From: Actinomycetota bacterium
GTDB lineage: Bacteria > Actinomycetota > Thermoleophilia > Gaiellales > Gaiellaceae
Assembly (NCBI GenBank): GCA_005888435.1
Contig: VAXO01000051.1
Location: 4,587 to 68,586 of the forward strand
Length of the DNA stretch: 64,000 nt
Direction of reading: 5' to 3'
Below are positions 39,459-48,138 of this stretch, one piece after another. The translations under genes were made by a program, and so were the position numbers. A model generated the notes under the pieces. The model was not told the origin of the DNA. It worked only from the letters and a program-made list of their open reading frames with translations, and searched no databases. How positions within the stretch are numbered: position 1 is the stretch's first letter; every line of letters begins with the position of its first letter.

Positions 39459-40674
39459 TCGAGTGGACCGGCGAGAGCGCGGGCGCCCAGGAGCAGAGCG
39501 GTGACACTTCGCCGTCGCGGCCGTTCAGGCGCCGGTAGCCCAAGGCGTGCTCGGCCTGCATCAGCTTGTGAACCTGCGTCGTCCCCTCGTAGATGATCGG
39601 TGCGCGCGCATTGCGGAAGTAACGCTCGATGCCGTACTCCGCGGAGTAGCCGTACGCCCCGTGCACCTGGATCGCCAGATGCGCCGCACGGAACGCACAC
39701 TCCGTCGCGTGCCACTTTGCGAGTGACGTCTCGCGCGTGTTTCGCAAACTCTGATCCTTCATCCACGCCGCCTGCATCACGAGCAGCTTCGACGTCTCGT
39801 ACGCGAGCACCATCTCGGCGATCATGTCCTGGACGAACTGGTACTTGCCGATCGGCTGCCCGAAGGTCTCGCGCTCGCGCGCGTACTCGACGGACTTCTC
39901 CAGACACGCGCGGATCACGCCGCAAGCGCCGGCCGCGACGGTGAACCGTCCCTGGTCGAGCCCGTACATCGCGATCTCGAAGCCCTGCCCCTCCTCGCCG
40001 ACGAGATTGTCCGCCGGAACCTCGACGTTCTCGAAGAACAGCTCGCCGGTCGAGCCCGCCCAGATGCCGAGCTTGTTCTCGGTATCCGCCGTCGTGAACC
40101 CCGGCATTCCGCGCTCGAGCATGAACGCGGAGATGCCCTTGTGCTTCGCCGCCGGATCCGTCTTCGCGAACACGAGCGCGTGGTCGGCGACGTTTGCGTA
40201 CGAGATCCAGTTCTTCGAGCCGTTGAGGACGTAGCCGTCGCCGTCGCGCCGCGCCGTCGTCTTCATCGCGGCGACATCAGACCCGGCAGCGGGCTCCGTC
40301 AGGCCGAAGCAGGCCAGCTTCTCGCCGCGCGCCTGCGGCTCGAGCCAGCGCTCGAGCTGCTCTGCGTTCCCGTACTTGAGCACCGCGAGGGAGTTGAGGC
40401 CGACGTGGACAGAGATGAGCGTTCGGAACGCCGCCTCGCCTCGCTCGATCTCTTCGCAAGCGAGGGCTTCGCAGACGAAGTCGAGGCCGGCGCCGCCGTG
40501 CTCCTCCGGAATGACGACGCCAAGGATGCCGAGCTCGGCCATGCCGGCGATCGCCTCCATGTCGAGCTTGTGTTCGATGTCGTTCTCGATCGCGTTCGGG
40601 AGGATGCGGTCGTCGACGAACTGCCGGACCGTGTCCTGCAGCAGCCTCTGCTCGTCGCTGAGCTCGAAGTCCAT
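39451..40674 (-). CDS. Acyl-CoA dehydrogenase
   Basis: FGLTEPAAGSD...NGSKNWIS...YEGTTQVHKLM. Has a roughly 27-aa extra C-terminal tail. Confidence 0.92.
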   Translation of the reverse strand: MDFELSDEQRLLQDTVRQFVDDRILPNAIENDIEHKLDMEAIAGMAELGILGVVIPEEHGGAGLDFVCEALACEEIERGEAAFRTLISVHVGLNSLAVLKYGNAEQLERWLEPQARGEKLACFGLTEPAAGSDVAAMKTTARRDGDGYVLNGSKNWISYANVADHALVFAKTDPAAKHKGISAFMLERGMPGFTTADTENKLGIWAGSTGELFFENVEVPADNLVGEEGQGFEIAMYGLDQGRFTVAAGACGVIRACLEKSVEYARERETFGQPIGKYQFVQDMIAEMVLAYETSKLLVMQAAWMKDQSLRNTRETSLAKWHATECAFRAAHLAIQVHGAYGYSAEYGIERYFRNARAPIIYEGTTQVHKLMQAEHALGYRRLNGRDGEVSPLCSWAPALSPVHSRV

Positions 40675-40696
40675 GTCGGCCTAGTCTACGGGGGCG

Positions 40697-41554
40697 TTGA
40701 TTGCAGCCGTCCTCACGAGCGCAGCGGTGATGGCGCTGACGCCGCAGCAGAAAGCCGCGCTGGTCGTGGTGTCCGGACTGCCCGCGCCCGCCGGCACCGG
40801 CGGCGTGATCGTGCAGAGCTACGACCGCGACACGCCGCGACCGGCAGGCGCACTCGTGTTCGTCGACCAGGAGGGCGGCGACGTCCGCGCGTTCCGTGAG
40901 TTGCCGCCCGCCACGTCTGCGCGACGCGTCGGGAGTAAGGCCGAGGCGTATGCGGCCGGAAGAGCCACCGGTCTCGCGCTGCGCCGGGCGGGAGTCGACG
41001 TCGACCTCGCGCCGGTGCTCGATCTGCCCGACGGGCCGCTCGGCGCGCGGCAATTCCGCTCGCCCTTCTTCGGTGTCGCGTTCGCGCGGGGTCTCGCGGC
41101 GGGCGGAGCAGGCGCGTGCGGCAAGCACTTTCCCGGCCTCGGCACGCTCGCCGTCTCGACGGACAAACGCCCCTATGTGCGCGGGCACGTCCGTGACGCC
41201 GATCTCGCACCCTACCGCGCCGCGATCGAAGGGGACTTGCCGTGCGTCATGGTCGGACACGGCGTCTATCCGGAGCTCGGCCCGCACCGCGCCGTGCTCG
41301 AGCCGGCGACATACCGATTGCTGCGCAGCACACTCGGTTTTCGCGGGATCACGATCACGGACTCGCTCAGCGTCGTCCACGGGCGTGCGGCAGCGTGGGC
41401 CGTCGCCGCCGCACGCGCCGGCGCTGACCTGCTCCTCTTCAACGACCCGCGCGCTGCAAGCCGTGCGATCCGGGCGCTGGTGCCGCTCGCGCGTGCCGGC
41501 GAGCTCGACGCCCACATCACCCGCCTGCTGCGCTTTCGCGCCGCGCTACGGTGA
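40697..41554 (+). CDS. Glycoside hydrolase family 3 N-terminal domain protein (NagZ-like)
   Basis: VFVDQEGGDVRAF...KHFPGLG...MVGHGVY...GFRGITITDSL. Alternative ATG at 40730. Confidence 0.75.
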   Translation: MIAAVLTSAAVMALTPQQKAALVVVSGLPAPAGTGGVIVQSYDRDTPRPAGALVFVDQEGGDVRAFRELPPATSARRVGSKAEAYAAGRATGLALRRAGVDVDLAPVLDLPDGPLGARQFRSPFFGVAFARGLAAGGAGACGKHFPGLGTLAVSTDKRPYVRGHVRDADLAPYRAAIEGDLPCVMVGHGVYPELGPHRAVLEPATYRLLRSTLGFRGITITDSLSVVHGRAAAWAVAAARAGADLLLFNDPRAASRAIRALVPLARAGELDAHITRLLRFRAALR

Positions 41555-42340
41555 GCCGGTGCGCGACGAGACGAACCGCGCGACCGCGTCGATCTGCTGC
41601 TCGCTGAGCTTGCCTCGAAACGACGGCATGACGCCGCCGCCCTCCTGGACCCGGCTCTTTACTTGCGCGAACGTCGGGTGCAGCTCGTCGAGGTTCGGGC
41701 CGACGGCGCCGTTCGACCGGGCGGCCTTCAGCGTGTGACAGCCGCCGCAGCCGCTCGTGGCGAAGACTTCCGCGCCCGTCACGGCACCGCTGCTCGCGGC
41801 TGCCGCGTTCCGCGTGTACAGCCAGACGGCGCTCGAGTACCAGACGCCGATCAGCACCGCGAAGAGCAGGCCGCCGGCGATCGGCAACACGGGGACGGGA
41901 AAGCGGCGCAGCCGGACGATCGTCACCTTCGCGGCGTAGGCGCCGTAGACGCAGCAGCCGAGCAGGGAGTGGACGAGGACGCGCGTGCTCGAGTGCTGGA
42001 AGCCGAGCTTGAAGATGCAGTGGTAGGCGACAGGAAGCGTGAACACGAACGCCAGCCGGCCCGACCAGCGGTGCGCCGGGTTGATCCACGCAGGCTTGCG
42101 CCAGGGCAGCTTCCCGAAGATCCACGTCGCGGAGAAGACCTGGAAACACGCGAGCGCGGCCGCCGCCGACGCGAAGCCCGCCTTCAAGTGGATGGGGTCC
42201 TCGAAGTAGAGCCGGAAGTAGCCCTTGGAACGCGGATCGTGCGCCGCCAGCAGCCCCGCGGTGAGCGCAAAGAGGGCGAACATCACCAGCGGCACCGCGA
42301 CCCAGCGGTACGACCGGCGAGGAATTGACTGACTAGTCAA
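41546..42340 (-). CDS. Multi-TM protein fused to a C-terminal class I cytochrome c domain
   Basis: CGGCH heme motif and a distal ...GGVMPSF Met. Five or six TM segments with conserved His. Confidence 0.75.
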   Translation of the reverse strand: MTSQSIPRRSYRWVAVPLVMFALFALTAGLLAAHDPRSKGYFRLYFEDPIHLKAGFASAAAALACFQVFSATWIFGKLPWRKPAWINPAHRWSGRLAFVFTLPVAYHCIFKLGFQHSSTRVLVHSLLGCCVYGAYAAKVTIVRLRRFPVPVLPIAGGLLFAVLIGVWYSSAVWLYTRNAAAASSGAVTGAEVFATSGCGGCHTLKAARSNGAVGPNLDELHPTFAQVKSRVQEGGGVMPSFRGKLSEQQIDAVARFVSSRTGSP

Positions 42341-42341
42341 T
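42324..42341. promoter_or_regulatory. AT-rich inverted repeat ATTGAC-N6-GTCAAT (candidate operator)
   Basis: Read directly in the 22-nt gap between divergent start codons. Confidence 0.4.
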
Positions 42342-42362
42342 CAGGCTACTCTTCGACGACAG

Positions 42363-43541
42363 ATGGCGACCCTAGAGCAAGGCACAGCCGGGGGTGTCTC
42401 GTTCGGCCTGACCGACGAGCAGAAGGCGCTGCGCGAGCTCGCGCACGACTTCGCTGCGCGAGAGATCCGGCCGAAGGAGAAGGAGTACGACGAGCACTCG
42501 ACGCACCCTGCGGAGGTGATCGCGAAGGCCCACGAGCTGGGCCTGATGAACCTCCACGTTCCCGAGGCATACGGTGGGCTCGAGCTTGGCGCGTTCGAGG
42601 GGATGCTCGTGGGCGAGGAGCTCTGCTGGGGCTGCTCCGGCATCGGCACCGCGATCGTCGCCAACGGCCTCGGCCACGGGCCCGTGATCGTGGCCGGCAC
42701 CGAGGAGCAGAAGCGCCGGTGGCTGGCGCCGCTGGTCGACGAGGTGCTGCTGACGTCGTTCGCGCTGACTGAGCCGAACGCAGGCTCGGACGTCTCGGGC
42801 ATCCAGACCACCGCGGTGCGCGACGGCGACGACTACGTCCTCAACGGCTCGAAGATGTTCATCACGAATGCGGGCCACGCGGGCTGGTTCACGGTCTTCG
42901 CGTCAACCGACAAGTCGAAAGGGCACCGCGGGCTGACGGCATTCGTCGTCCCATCGGATCTCGACGGCGTTGTCGTCGACCGCCACCTCGACAAGATGGG
43001 ACAGCGCTCGACCGACACCTCCGCGCTGTCGTTCACCGACGTGCGCGTGCCGGCCGACAACCGCCTCGGCGAGGAGGGTGAGGGCTTCAAGATCGCGATG
43101 AAGACGCTCGACTTCACGCGTCCGGGCACGGCGATCGGCGCCGTCGGCGTCGCGCGCGCCGCTTTCGAGTACGCGGCGGAGTACTCGAAGGAACGCGTCC
43201 AGTTCGGCATGCCGATCGCCATGAACCAGGGCGTCAACTTCATGATCGCCGACATGGCGACGAAGATCGAGGCCGCGCGTCTGCTCTGCTGGCAGGCGGC
43301 GTGGATGATCGACAACGGTATGCGCGCGACGCTCCAGTCGTCCTATGCAAAGCGCTTCGCGGCCGACATCTGCATGGAGGTGACGACGGATGCCGTGCAG
43401 GTTCTCGGCGGCTACGGGTACATGAAGGAGTACCCCGTCGAGAAGCTCATGCGCGATGCGAAGCTCTTCCAGATCTACGAGGGAACGTCTCAGATTCAGC
43501 GGCTGGTCATCGCGCGAGAGTTGTTAATGCCGCGGGAATGA
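42363..43541 (+). CDS. Acyl-CoA dehydrogenase (short/branched-chain type)
   Basis: [11 protein letters not shown]...[10 protein letters not shown]...[19 protein letters not shown]. Confidence 0.93.
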   Translation: MATLEQGTAGGVSFGLTDEQKALRELAHDFAAREIRPKEKEYDEHSTHPAEVIAKAHELGLMNLHVPEAYGGLELGAFEGMLVGEELCWGCSGIGTAIVANGLGHGPVIVAGTEEQKRRWLAPLVDEVLLTSFALTEPNAGSDVSGIQTTAVRDGDDYVLNGSKMFITNAGHAGWFTVFASTDKSKGHRGLTAFVVPSDLDGVVVDRHLDKMGQRSTDTSALSFTDVRVPADNRLGEEGEGFKIAMKTLDFTRPGTAIGAVGVARAAFEYAAEYSKERVQFGMPIAMNQGVNFMIADMATKIEAARLLCWQAAWMIDNGMRATLQSSYAKRFAADICMEVTTDAVQVLGGYGYMKEYPVEKLMRDAKLFQIYEGTSQIQRLVIARELLMPRE

Positions 43542-43635
43542 ATTCCGGCGGGTCGGCTGTTCAGTTCAGACGGCTGCCGAGCGAGGCTCGGCAGCCTGAT
43601 AACGGCACCGCAAGCGGTGCCTCGGTGCCGCGAGA

Positions 43636-44355
43636 TTGAGCGTCGAGATCGACCTCTCGGGTCGCGTCGCTGTCATCACAGGAGGTTCACGCGGGCTTGG
43701 CCGCGCAGACGCGCTGATGCTCGAGCGCGCCGGCGCGGAGGTTGTCGCCGTCGACATCGAGCCCGCGAACACGACGATCACGTGCGACGTGACCGACCGC
43801 GCCCAGGTGGACCAGGCGGTCCGGCGCACGGTCGAGGAGCACGGCTCCGTCGACATCCTCGTCAACAACGCCGGCACGCTCGACCATTTGGCGCAATTCG
43901 GCGATCAGCTTCCGGAGCTGTGGGAGCGAGACCTCCGCGTCAACCTGACCGGCGCCTTCAACTGCGCGCAGGCGGTCTGGCCGCACATGTCCGAGCGCGG
44001 CTGGGGCCGCATCGTCAACATGGCCTCGGTCGCGGGAACGCTCGGCGGCTTCGGGCAGGCGAGCTACTCGACGACGAAGGCGGGGCTGCTCGGCCTGACC
44101 CGGACACTTGCGCTGGAGGGCGCGCGCCATGGCATCACCTGCAACGCGATCGTTCCGGGGATCATCGCGACGGAGGCGTTCGCGTTCGTCGATCCCGGGA
44201 TGAAGGAGCGGATGGTCCAGCGCACCGCACTCCGCCGCCTCGGCGAGCCGCAGGACGTCGCGAACGCGATCACCTTCCTCTGTTCCGACCTCGCGTCGTA
44301 CATCACAGGTGTCGCCCTGAATGTCAGCGGCGGCATCGAGCTGTTCACGTTTTGA
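43636..44355 (+). CDS. SDR-family oxidoreductase (FabG-like)
   Basis: VITGGSRGLG...NNAG...YSTTKAG (YxxxK). Confidence 0.9.
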   Translation: MSVEIDLSGRVAVITGGSRGLGRADALMLERAGAEVVAVDIEPANTTITCDVTDRAQVDQAVRRTVEEHGSVDILVNNAGTLDHLAQFGDQLPELWERDLRVNLTGAFNCAQAVWPHMSERGWGRIVNMASVAGTLGGFGQASYSTTKAGLLGLTRTLALEGARHGITCNAIVPGIIATEAFAFVDPGMKERMVQRTALRRLGEPQDVANAITFLCSDLASYITGVALNVSGGIELFTF

Positions 44356-44473
44356 TCGCCTTCGAGCCGACGCGAAGGTCTTTCAGATCGTCGAAGGCAC
44401 ATCCGAGATCCAGCGGAAGATCGTCTCGACGTACCTGAAAAACGACACGGGAGCCCTCCAGGGCCGCGGCTAG
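44348..44473 (+). pseudogene. Orphan C-terminal fragment of an acyl-CoA dehydrogenase
   Basis: Own translation: RFDRLRADAKVFQIVEGTSEIQRKIVSTYLKNDTGALQGRG*. No start codon and no upstream ACAD body. Confidence 0.6.
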
Positions 44474-44484
44474 ACTGGGGCGTC

Positions 44485-46371
44485 TTGCCCGCCCGGCGAA
44501 GAACGTTTCTGGATCGCAGGCGGCCTCGACGCCGCCCCCGCACGCGCGCACAGCGCCGCGTCATCTGGCAGCGGACCGCCATTCTCGGCGCTATCGCCGC
44601 TCTCGCCGCGATCGTGCTCGGCCTTGCCTTCGCCGGCAGCCCGAGCCGGATCGCCGACGGCGTGCGGATCGCGGGCATCGACGTCGGCGGCGAGACGCCG
44701 AAGCAGGCCCAGCGGATCCTCGAGCAGAAGGCGGACTCGCTTGCATCCGTGCCCGTGACCTTTCGCGTCGGCCCGCACGTGTGGCAGCTCGAGCCGCGGC
44801 GGCTCGGAATCGAGGTCGACTGGGCGGCTGCCGTGGACGCGGTGCGGAGGCAGGGCCAGGGCTTCGGCCCGCTGCGCGGCTTTCGCCGCCTCGACCTGCG
44901 CTTCTTCGGCGCCGACGTCGCACCGCCGACCCAGGTCTACGACGCTGCGCTGCGCTACTGGCTCGACCGGATCGAGCGCGCGGTCAACTCGCCGCACAGA
45001 GACGCCTCGATCGCCCTCCACGGCCTGACGCCGGCGATCCTCCCCAGCCGCACGGGGCAGGTGCTCGACCGCCATGCCGCGACGGCGACGATCGTGCGCG
45101 CGCTCGCCAGCCTCAACCGAGACCCCGTGGGACTGCCGGTGCGCGTCGATCGTCCGAAGGTGAACGCGGGCGAGCTGACCGTCCCTGAGGCGCAGGTGCG
45201 CACCGCTCTCTCGGCGCCCGTCCACCTGACTCTCGGCGAGACGCGCTGGAACCTCCGGCCGAGGCGCATCGCGCAGCTGCTCGAGCTCCCCGCCGACGGT
45301 AGGAGCGACGTCCGCATCGGCGGCAAAGGGGCGAGCGCATGGTTCACCGCGCTCGCGAAACGGGTCGACCGCGAGCCCGAGGACGCAACCTGGGCGATTG
45401 GCCAGAGCGGCATCCGCGTCATCCCCGACAAGCCGGGCTACCTGCTCGACGTGCCGCACAGCGCGACCGCCCTCCTGCATGCGGCTCTCGTCACCGAGCC
45501 GACGCTCCGGTCGGCGAACCTCGTCGTCGAGAAGAAGGAAGCGGGCCGTTCGACCAAGGAGGCGCGCTCGATGCAGATCCGGGGCCTCGTTGCGAGCTAT
45601 CAGACGTTCTACGGCGGCGACCCGAACCGCATTCACAACGTGCAGCTCGTCTCGCATCTCGTCGACGGCCACATCATTGCGCCCGGCGCCACTTTCTCGT
45701 TCAACCAGGCGACCGGCGCACGCACGGCGGACAAAGGCTTCAAGGAAGCTCCGGTGATCATCAACGGGGAGCTGAAGACGGGGCTCGGCGGCGGCGTCTG
45801 CCAGGTCTCGACCACGGTCTTCAACGCGGCATACGAGGCGGGTCTTCCGATCGTCTCGCGCACGAACCACGCGCTCTACATCAGCCACTATCCGCAAGGG
45901 CGAGACGCGACGGTCAACTATCCGGACGTCGATCTCAAGTTCACCAACGACACGGGCCATTGGCTGCTCCTGCGCACCTGGGTCGGCTCGTCGTCGCTGA
46001 CCGTCGCGCTCTACGGAACGCCCGTGAACCGGCGCGTCGTCAGCGAGGTTGCGCCGCTGGTGGCGACCGGGCCGACCCCGACCAAGAAGGTGCCGGATCC
46101 TTCGCTCTACGTCGGGCAGCAGGCCGTCGAGGAGACGGGCGCGCCCCCGCGCAAGACGAGCGTGCAGCGGCGCGTGTACAGCGCGGCCGGCAAGCTCCTG
46201 TATGACACCGTCTTCTACTCGTCGTACGTCGGGGAGCCGACCGTGATCCGGGTCGGCACCAAGCCGCGGCCGAAGCCGACCACGACCACAACCACGACGA
46301 CTACGACGACAACGACGACGACGCCGACGACGACTTCGCCGAAGAAGCCGCCGACGACGACTCAGCCCTAG
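44485..46371 (+). CDS. VanW-family protein with N-terminal TM, G5-like region and poly-Thr tail
   Basis: FSFNQATGARTADKGFKEAPVIINGEL..GLGGGVCQVSTTVFNAAYEAGLPI..R.NH. Tail KPTTTTTTTTTTTTTTTPTTT. Confidence 0.88.
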   Translation: MPARRRTFLDRRRPRRRPRTRAQRRVIWQRTAILGAIAALAAIVLGLAFAGSPSRIADGVRIAGIDVGGETPKQAQRILEQKADSLASVPVTFRVGPHVWQLEPRRLGIEVDWAAAVDAVRRQGQGFGPLRGFRRLDLRFFGADVAPPTQVYDAALRYWLDRIERAVNSPHRDASIALHGLTPAILPSRTGQVLDRHAATATIVRALASLNRDPVGLPVRVDRPKVNAGELTVPEAQVRTALSAPVHLTLGETRWNLRPRRIAQLLELPADGRSDVRIGGKGASAWFTALAKRVDREPEDATWAIGQSGIRVIPDKPGYLLDVPHSATALLHAALVTEPTLRSANLVVEKKEAGRSTKEARSMQIRGLVASYQTFYGGDPNRIHNVQLVSHLVDGHIIAPGATFSFNQATGARTADKGFKEAPVIINGELKTGLGGGVCQVSTTVFNAAYEAGLPIVSRTNHALYISHYPQGRDATVNYPDVDLKFTNDTGHWLLLRTWVGSSSLTVALYGTPVNRRVVSEVAPLVATGPTPTKKVPDPSLYVGQQAVEETGAPPRKTSVQRRVYSAAGKLLYDTVFYSSYVGEPTVIRVGTKPRPKPTTTTTTTTTTTTTTTPTTTSPKKPPTTTQP

Positions 46372-46765
46372 CGATCGCGTCGGCGAGCGCCTGCGGGATG
46401 CGGGTCGGCCGCAGGGTCTTCGCATCGACGCAGGCGTGCGACGTCCAGCCGTCTGCGATCGGCTCGCCCGCGCGCGTCACCTCGTACTCGAAGCGGAAGC
46501 GCGCACCGCGCAGCTCGCCCACGCGAGCGTGGATCTTCAGCCGGTCGTCGAAGTGCGCGGGCAGCCGGTAGCTCACGTGCGACTCGAGCACGAACGACTC
46601 CAGGCCGGTCTCGCGCAGCGCGGGATAGCCCCCGGCAAACTCCTCGAGATAGGCGATCCGCGCGATCTCGAACCAGACCAGGTAGTTGGAGTTGTGCGCA
46701 ACGCCCTGTGCGTCGGTCTCCGCGAAACGCACCCGCACGTCGGTGCTGAAGTGGAAGCCTCCCAT
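46301..46765 (-). CDS. Acyl-CoA thioesterase (4HBT/YbgC-like hotdog fold)
   Basis: ATG 46765. VRVRFAETDAQGVAHNSNYLVWFEIARIAYLE. The last roughly 23 codons are antisense to the VanW Thr tract. Confidence 0.82.
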   Translation of the reverse strand: MGGFHFSTDVRVRFAETDAQGVAHNSNYLVWFEIARIAYLEEFAGGYPALRETGLESFVLESHVSYRLPAHFDDRLKIHARVGELRGARFRFEYEVTRAGEPIADGWTSHACVDAKTLRPTRIPQALADAIARAESSSAASSAKSSSASSSLSS

Positions 46766-46799
46766 CAGCCGGCACTCTACGGCCGAGAGCGCAGGGGTC

Positions 46800-47228
46800 C
46801 TAAGGAGCCAGAGCGAGGAACGCGAAGCGGCGCACTCGGTGGCCGCTCCTGACGGTGACGCCCCAGCACCCGGGAGCGGGAACGACCACGGTCGACGGGA
46901 AGAAGCCGCCGCCGATCGCGGGGAACGTCTGCGTAAACCGACCACTCCCGTCGAGCCGCCGCCCGGTCAGCCTCAGGGTGGCCGCGCCTCCGCGCACGTG
47001 CCAGAGGATCTTCGTGGCGAAGCCGCCTGCGGGCCCGCCGCCGGTCGTGATGATCACCCGTTCGGGCTTTTCTCTCCATGGACCGTCGGCCCCGTAATAG
47101 AAGAGGTACCCGGAAACCGGGCCGACCCTCAGCCAAGGAATGTGCGGCGCGCCCGGATCGAGCGGTGCGGTATACGACACTGCCGCACTGATGCACGCGG
47201 AAGAGATCAGCGCTGCAAGCGCGCCCAT
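46800..47228 (-). CDS. Secreted hypothetical protein
   Basis: Signal-like MGALAALISSACISAAVS. Start uncertain (47228 or 47273). Confidence 0.5.
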   Translation of the reverse strand: MGALAALISSACISAAVSYTAPLDPGAPHIPWLRVGPVSGYLFYYGADGPWREKPERVIITTGGGPAGGFATKILWHVRGGAATLRLTGRRLDGSGRFTQTFPAIGGGFFPSTVVVPAPGCWGVTVRSGHRVRRFAFLALAP

Positions 47229-47233
47229 TTGCC

Positions 47234-47959
47234 ATGGCTTTCGTAGGCGAGAACGACGCCGCAAGGCTCGCACAGTTGATCCGCACGCGCCAGCCGTGCG
47301 TGGTGCTGACCGGCGCTGGGATCTCGACCGAGAGCGGCATCCCGGATTTTCGCTCGCCGACCGGGATCTGGACTCAGTACGACCCGATGGAGTACGCGAC
47401 GATCGACGCGTTTCGGCGCGACCCGGGGAAGGTGTGGGAGTTCTACGCGCTTCGGCTCGAGGCGCTCGCGAAGGCCGAGCCGAACGCCGGCCATCTCGCG
47501 CTCGCCGAGCTCGAGCGGCGCGGGCTCGTGCGTGCTGTCGTCACCCAGAACATCGACGGCCTGCATCAGCGCGCCGGTTCGCGGGAGGTGATCGAGGTGC
47601 ATGGCTCGATCCGGACTGCGACGTGCCTTGCCTGCGGCGAGGAGACGCCGCTCGACCGGGCGCTGCCGCTCTGCCCGCGCTGCGGGGAAATCATGAAGCC
47701 CGGGGTCGTGATGTTCGGCGAGCTGCTGCCGGTGGGAGCGATGGAGCGGGCGACTGAGCTGGCACACGAGGCCGGCTTGCTGCTGGTGGTCGGCTCGGCG
47801 CTCGAGGTCTACCCGGTCGCCGCGCTGCCGGAGGAGACGCTCTCAGCGGGCGGGGCGCTCGCGATCGTCAACCGCGGCCCGACGGGATACGACGGACGCG
47901 CCGACTTGAAGGTCGACGGAGGCGCCGGGGAAACGCTCTCTACGCTGCTGCGCGCTTGA
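47234..47959 (+). CDS. cobB: NAD-dependent protein deacylase (Sir2/CobB)
   Basis: VLTGAGISTESGIPDFRS, QNIDGLH, Zn ribbon CLACG...CPRCG. Confidence 0.9.
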   Translation: MAFVGENDAARLAQLIRTRQPCVVLTGAGISTESGIPDFRSPTGIWTQYDPMEYATIDAFRRDPGKVWEFYALRLEALAKAEPNAGHLALAELERRGLVRAVVTQNIDGLHQRAGSREVIEVHGSIRTATCLACGEETPLDRALPLCPRCGEIMKPGVVMFGELLPVGAMERATELAHEAGLLLVVGSALEVYPVAALPEETLSAGGALAIVNRGPTGYDGRADLKVDGGAGETLSTLLRA

Positions 47960-48086
47960 TTGTCTTTTCGTCCAGCAGCCGCTGGCAGCCGGAGCAGACC
48001 TTGCGCTCAACGTGGTACGGAACCCCAGCACGCTGCCGGATCGCATGGATCGTGATCGAGCTGTGCTTGTGACGCTTGAGGGTCAT
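47940..48086 (-). CDS. Possible small CxxC protein (48 aa; not in ORF track)
   Basis: Own translation: MTLKRHKHSSITIHAIRQRAGVPYHVERKVCSGCQRLLDEKTIKRAAA. GC3 is high, the Shine-Dalgarno sequence is weak, and it overlaps the cobB 3' end by 20 nt. Confidence 0.3.
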   Translation of the reverse strand: MTLKRHKHSSITIHAIRQRAGVPYHVERKVCSGCQRLLDEKTIKRAAA

Positions 48087-48138
48087 TCCGTCTTCTCAGG
48101 GTAATAGGACGTTCGGTCGTCCACAGTTGTTGTCGGCA

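Noticed and set aside
47234-47959. Sir2-domain protein as a defence effector (Thoeris/DSR/SIR2-HerA type).
   Set aside because: It is a compact 241-aa CobB-type deacylase with the canonical GAGISTESGIPDFRS motif and Zn ribbon. There is no fused sensor or effector domain and no partner gene.
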